From: Mycolicibacterium sp.
GTDB taxonomy: Bacteria; Actinomycetota; Actinomycetes; Mycobacteriales; Mycobacteriaceae
Direction: 5' to 3'
NCBI RefSeq assembly: GCF_016462545.1
Contig: NZ_JAEMTA010000004.1
Location: forward strand, 3,125-67,124
DNA length: 64,000 nt
Position numbers and translations under genes: made by a program. Positions 60,950-64,000 of the stretch are shown here, piece by piece. Position 1 is the first letter of the stretch. Each line of letters starts with the position of its first letter. The notes under the pieces were generated by a model, which did not search any database, was not told the DNA's origin, and saw only the letters and a program-made list of their open reading frames with translations.

Positions 60950-61678
60950 GTGGTGAATCCGAAATCTTTGAAGTTCTGTGCCTGGTGCGGGCCACTGGTG
61001 CTCATCATCTTTGGATCGGCGTTTCTGCTGGGCGGTTGGGTGCCGATCCACTCATCGACCGATAGCGCGGAGCAGGTCGCTACGTTCTATCAGCACCGCA
61101 CGGTCTTCAAGCAGATCGGCATCTTGCTGATGACGGTGTCTTCAACACTGTTTGTTCTCTGGGGCGCGGCCATCGCGTCGCAGATTCGGCGTTGCGAACG
61201 CGGCATCCCCGTCTTCACCTACGCGATGGTTGCCCTCGCCGGAGGCGGTTCGGCGATTGGCTACGTCATCTTTCTATCGTGGGGCGTCGCGGCGTTCCGG
61301 CCATGGACTCTCTCCCCGCAGATCCTTCTCATGCTCGATGACCTGGGTTGGTTCTTCATGCTGTCATCGATTCCGATGTACATGATGTGGGCTGTGGTGA
61401 TCGCCGCCGCCATTTGGTTCGATCAAAGCGAACGCCCAATCTTTCCCCGGTGGGTGATGTACATGAACATCGCGACCGTCATTCTGTACATACCGACGGC
61501 CTTCTCTGCCTTTGACAAGAGCGGGCCATTCGCTAACGACGGGGCATTGGGGGGATATCTCCAATTTGGCGTCTACTTCGTATGGGAGATCGCCATGAGC
61601 TACGCCCTGTTCCATGCCGCCGACAGGGTGCAAGTTTCACGTCGACCGACACCTGCGCGAAGTCCAGCAACGGTGTGA
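60950..61678 (+). CDS. Hypothetical polytopic membrane protein (divergent from TetR)
   Basis: 242 aa from GTG 60950/60953 (ACAGGAG upstream). About 6 hydrophobic helices (CGPLVLIIFGSAFLLGGWV, IGILLMTVSSTLFVLWGAAIA, ...). No family recognised. The 5' 100 codons of the track ORF are antisense to TetR. Confidence 0.65.
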   Translation: MVNPKSLKFCAWCGPLVLIIFGSAFLLGGWVPIHSSTDSAEQVATFYQHRTVFKQIGILLMTVSSTLFVLWGAAIASQIRRCERGIPVFTYAMVALAGGGSAIGYVIFLSWGVAAFRPWTLSPQILLMLDDLGWFFMLSSIPMYMMWAVVIAAAIWFDQSERPIFPRWVMYMNIATVILYIPTAFSAFDKSGPFANDGALGGYLQFGVYFVWEIAMSYALFHAADRVQVSRRPTPARSPATV

Positions 61679-61697
61679 CGACGACCCGACATATCAG

Positions 61698-61763
61698 ATG
61701 GTCGTGCTCCCTCTTAAAGTCGCCGATGACCGCGCGGGCCTCGAACAGGGTGTTCCAGCGATT
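61698..61763 (-). pseudogene. Possible scrap of a DDE/rve-type transposase C-terminus
   Basis: The minus-strand frame reads NRWNTLFEARAVIGDFKREHDH. This resembles the F.sL.EA...I..Wr..YN..RPH tail of IS3/IS481-type integrases, but the motif breaks off. About 22 aa only. Confidence 0.3.
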
Positions 61764-61887
61764 GCGGCATTGGTGGCGAGCCAGGCCAGGATGGCTGCAC
61801 GCTCGGCGGGATCGCCAGTGCGACGACGTCGGACTGGCATCAATCATCGAGAAGGTGTTAACGAAAATTCAGTAAGTGTCAAGATAG

Positions 61888-62334
61888 GTGTTTGGGCGGG
61901 CGCATGGTCACGTGTCGGCGTCGAGTGCGCAGCTGAGGGGAGCCCGCGCGCGGGACGCCATTCTCGAAGCGGCGCGGCACCAGTTCTTCGACGTGGGTTT
62001 TCGGCGTACGTCCATTGAGTCGATATCAAGTTCCGCCGGGGTGTCCCGTCCAACGGTCTATGCCCATTTCGCGTCCAAGGAGGAGATCTTCCGCATCACC
62101 CGCGATTCCCGGCACGGCTCGACGCGTCTGCTCGGGGAAATTCTGACCGCCGCCGACCAAGCGGGCACTGTTCGCCTGCGCGACGCCGGGCTAACCCCTA
62201 GTCCTGCAGCCGATCTCGTTTACGATGCCGCCCGCGCGGCGAAGAGCGACGCCTCCGCGACGCCCGAGGCCTACCGGCGCCAGCTACGAAGACTCATCAA
62301 CGTGATTGCCCGGGGTCTTGTCGCGGACCAATAG
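61888..62334 (+). CDS. TetR family regulator, short (possibly internally deleted)
   Basis: HTH ILEAARHQFFDVGFRRTSIESISSSAGVSRPTVYAHFASKEEIF, followed by only ~80 further residues. The likely true start is GTG 61912. Confidence 0.65.
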   Translation: MFGRAHGHVSASSAQLRGARARDAILEAARHQFFDVGFRRTSIESISSSAGVSRPTVYAHFASKEEIFRITRDSRHGSTRLLGEILTAADQAGTVRLRDAGLTPSPAADLVYDAARAAKSDASATPEAYRRQLRRLINVIARGLVADQ

Positions 62335-62439
62335 CTCTGTGCGACTGAGAAGTTCGGCTTCGACTCGATCCGCGCCTACCCACTGCGGCCGGTTGGTCGG
62401 GGCTGCGACTGAGTGCGAAGACCGCGTCGTTAAGCAACG

Positions 62440-62778
62440 GGGCAGGCTATCCCGTCGCGGTCGTAGGACTCAGTGCAAAGCCCGCGCGGAGTACGTCGAT
62501 CATCAACCGAACACGGTAGTCGGGGAAGCTCTCGACTCCGATGCATGAATTCCCAATGCCGAGCATGAGTCATAGGCCCTTATGTCCGCGCGCGTGAGGC
62601 CGGCGGCGGATTGCGTCAACAAGCGGTCGAGCACGGGCAGCAAACGGTCGACGAATTCGGCATGCAGGCCTTCGAATCCGGCCTGATCGGACTGCAGTGC
62701 TTCGGCCAGGCCATTTTGTGACCAGGAAGTTGGCAAAGGGGTGCAACAGGACTGCGAGGCCTGAAAAGGCGACTCCAC
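62440..62778 (-). pseudogene. TetR C-terminal domain fragment(s), frameshifted, no HTH
   Basis: Track ORF 62503..62778 reads ...FEGLHAEFVDRLLPVLDRLLTQSAAGLTRADIRAYD, which is TetR_C-like. The continuation MIDVLRAGFAL lies in another frame at ~62440-62500. No N-terminal HTH could be found upstream. Confidence 0.4.
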
Positions 62779-63024
62779 CGCGGAGGTGGGGCTCGCCGCT
62801 GCGGGGCCGGCAAGTGCCTCGAGTTAGTGGTGAAAGACGGCGACTACGAGATCCGCTCGGATGGCAAAATGCCATGGCGACGGCAGAACCGCCGATCGGC
62901 AGGAGTCGCTAGACCGAGAGCATGCTGCGGGTGGCACACCGAGAGCTTTTGGCGGAACCGCGAGATCTCATGACCAGGAGCGCTATTCGTCGCCAGCGCC
63001 CCATTGATCGGGTCTCCGTCGGCC

Positions 63025-63801
63025 TCAGTGCGCAGTCCAGCCACCATCGATGGTCAGCACCTGCCCAGTCATGTATGTCGAGGCGTCCGACGCGAGGAAC
63101 AACACGGCTCCGTCGAGTTCGTCGGGTTCTCCCATCCGGCGCATGGGACAGCCCGTGCGCAGATAGCGTTGACTCGCTTCGTCCTCGGCCATCGGAGCCG
63201 AGCTCTCGCTGGGAAAGAAGCCCGGCGCCAGTGCGTTGACGCGCAGTCCGTACTGCGCCCATTGGCAGGCGAGGTCACGCGTGAGACTGACGAGTGCGCC
63301 CTTCGACGATGAGTAGGAGGCATCCGGGATGGGCCACGCCGCGACGAGGCCGAGGATGGACGAAATGTTGATGATCGAGCCATTGCCCGCGGCAATCATG
63401 GGGGCGGCGGCTAGGCGGGCGAGATGGAAGGCTCCGACGAGGTTCACCTCCAGCGTGCGTCGGAACGAATCGATCGGCTCGTCGAGTGCCGGTGCAGGGG
63501 TGCCGAATCCGGCATTGTTGATGAGAATATCCAATTGCCCGTAGCGCTCCATCGCCAGGGGAACGATCGCCTGGACGTCGGTGTCCTCGGCGAGATCGGC
63601 GGTGATGGGAAGCACTCGGTCGAGTTGGTCGGCGAGCGCCGCCAGTCGGTCGGTTCGCCTCGCGACGGCGACCACCGATGCGCCGGCGGCATGCAGAACT
63701 CGGACGAAGCGGTCACCGAGGCCGCTGGATGCTCCCGTGACCACGGCTACTTTGCCGCTCAGATCGAAGATGTCACCGGGGTTCCGTGGTGGGGCGGTCA
63801 T
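63025..63801 (-). CDS. SDR family oxidoreductase (FabG-like)
   Basis: 258 aa. VVTGASSGLG, NNAG, catalytic SYSSSKGAL, and a C-terminal MTGQVLTIDGGW. Confidence 0.9.
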   Translation of the reverse strand: MTAPPRNPGDIFDLSGKVAVVTGASSGLGDRFVRVLHAAGASVVAVARRTDRLAALADQLDRVLPITADLAEDTDVQAIVPLAMERYGQLDILINNAGFGTPAPALDEPIDSFRRTLEVNLVGAFHLARLAAAPMIAAGNGSIINISSILGLVAAWPIPDASYSSSKGALVSLTRDLACQWAQYGLRVNALAPGFFPSESSAPMAEDEASQRYLRTGCPMRRMGEPDELDGAVLFLASDASTYMTGQVLTIDGGWTAH

Positions 63802-64000
63802 CGATGTTCCTCGGCTAATCGGGCCGTGTTACCGGTCTCGTTGGGGAGCACCGTGATGTAGGCACCGACGGGATCGCCGTTCATGAGCAGTTCCATGAGT
63901 CCGTCGTCATCGTCGGCGGGATTCGCCAGGAATCGGCGATCGTCCGCAGTGAGGCGACCAACGATGATCCCGACTGGTCCTGACTTCGTGTGTCGAACCG
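63798..64000 (-). CDS. Unidentified CDS, C-terminal 66 codons (runs off the right edge)
   Basis: Manual minus-strand translation gives ...TKSGPVGIIVGRLTADDRRFLANPADDDDGLMELLMNGDPVGAYITVLPNETGNTARLAEEHR*. The stop overlaps the SDR start (ATGA), suggesting an operon. Family not recognised. Confidence 0.5.
   Translation of the reverse strand, partial: VRHTKSGPVGIIVGRLTADDRRFLANPADDDDGLMELLMNGDPVGAYITVLPNETGNTARLAEEHR

Overview
High-GC actinobacterial chromosome (protein sequences and gene order look like Mycobacteriaceae, fast-grower-like layout), centred on the replication origin.

Left arm, all on the minus strand: gyrA (partial), gyrB, DUF721/dciA, recF, gnd, dnaN, oriC, dnaA.

Diverging from dnaA on the plus strand: rpmH-rnpA-yidD-yidC-jag-rsmG-parA-parB, with two identical perfect parS sites. 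Next comes an envelope/redox block: cwlM, trxA, trxB, anti-sigma factor, sigM, murJ/mviN with a pseudokinase tail, an Rv3909-like gene, mutT4 and cca.

A second conserved block follows: yqgE, mtc28-like, leuS, amidase+SDR, a GH63 hydrolase, MarR, an amino-acid ABC transporter, an F420 LLM oxidoreductase, PhoX, an esterase, ino1-padR, ponA1, a GT87-like membrane protein, rpsF-ssb-rpsR-rplI and dnaB.

dnaB carries a 142-codon mini-intein of the class-3 (Ala-1, W/C/T) type inside its P-loop.

From about 59.4 kb the sequence changes: GC3 drops, and there is an AT-rich junction with repeated motifs, a probably frameshifted TniQ remnant, TetR genes, a transposase scrap and TetR fragments. I read this as a small decayed islet on the 3' flank of dnaB.

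Roughly 90% of the window is ordinary, well-understood core genome. I found no convincing novel multi-gene system.

The observations most worth a second look:
- a phased cluster of DnaA-box-like sites upstream of dnaB
- a small secreted Cys protein gene with an ECF-type promoter, wedged antisense between sigM and its anti-sigma factor
- the DnaB intein
- the TniQ/islet junction
- several strong palindromes and terminators

I found no rRNA, tRNA or CRISPR array. Many long ORFs in the track are GC-driven antisense artefacts or 5' over-extensions. Start codons below were re-picked by eye and are less certain than the gene calls. All family assignments come from reading the sequence and from memory, not from database searches.
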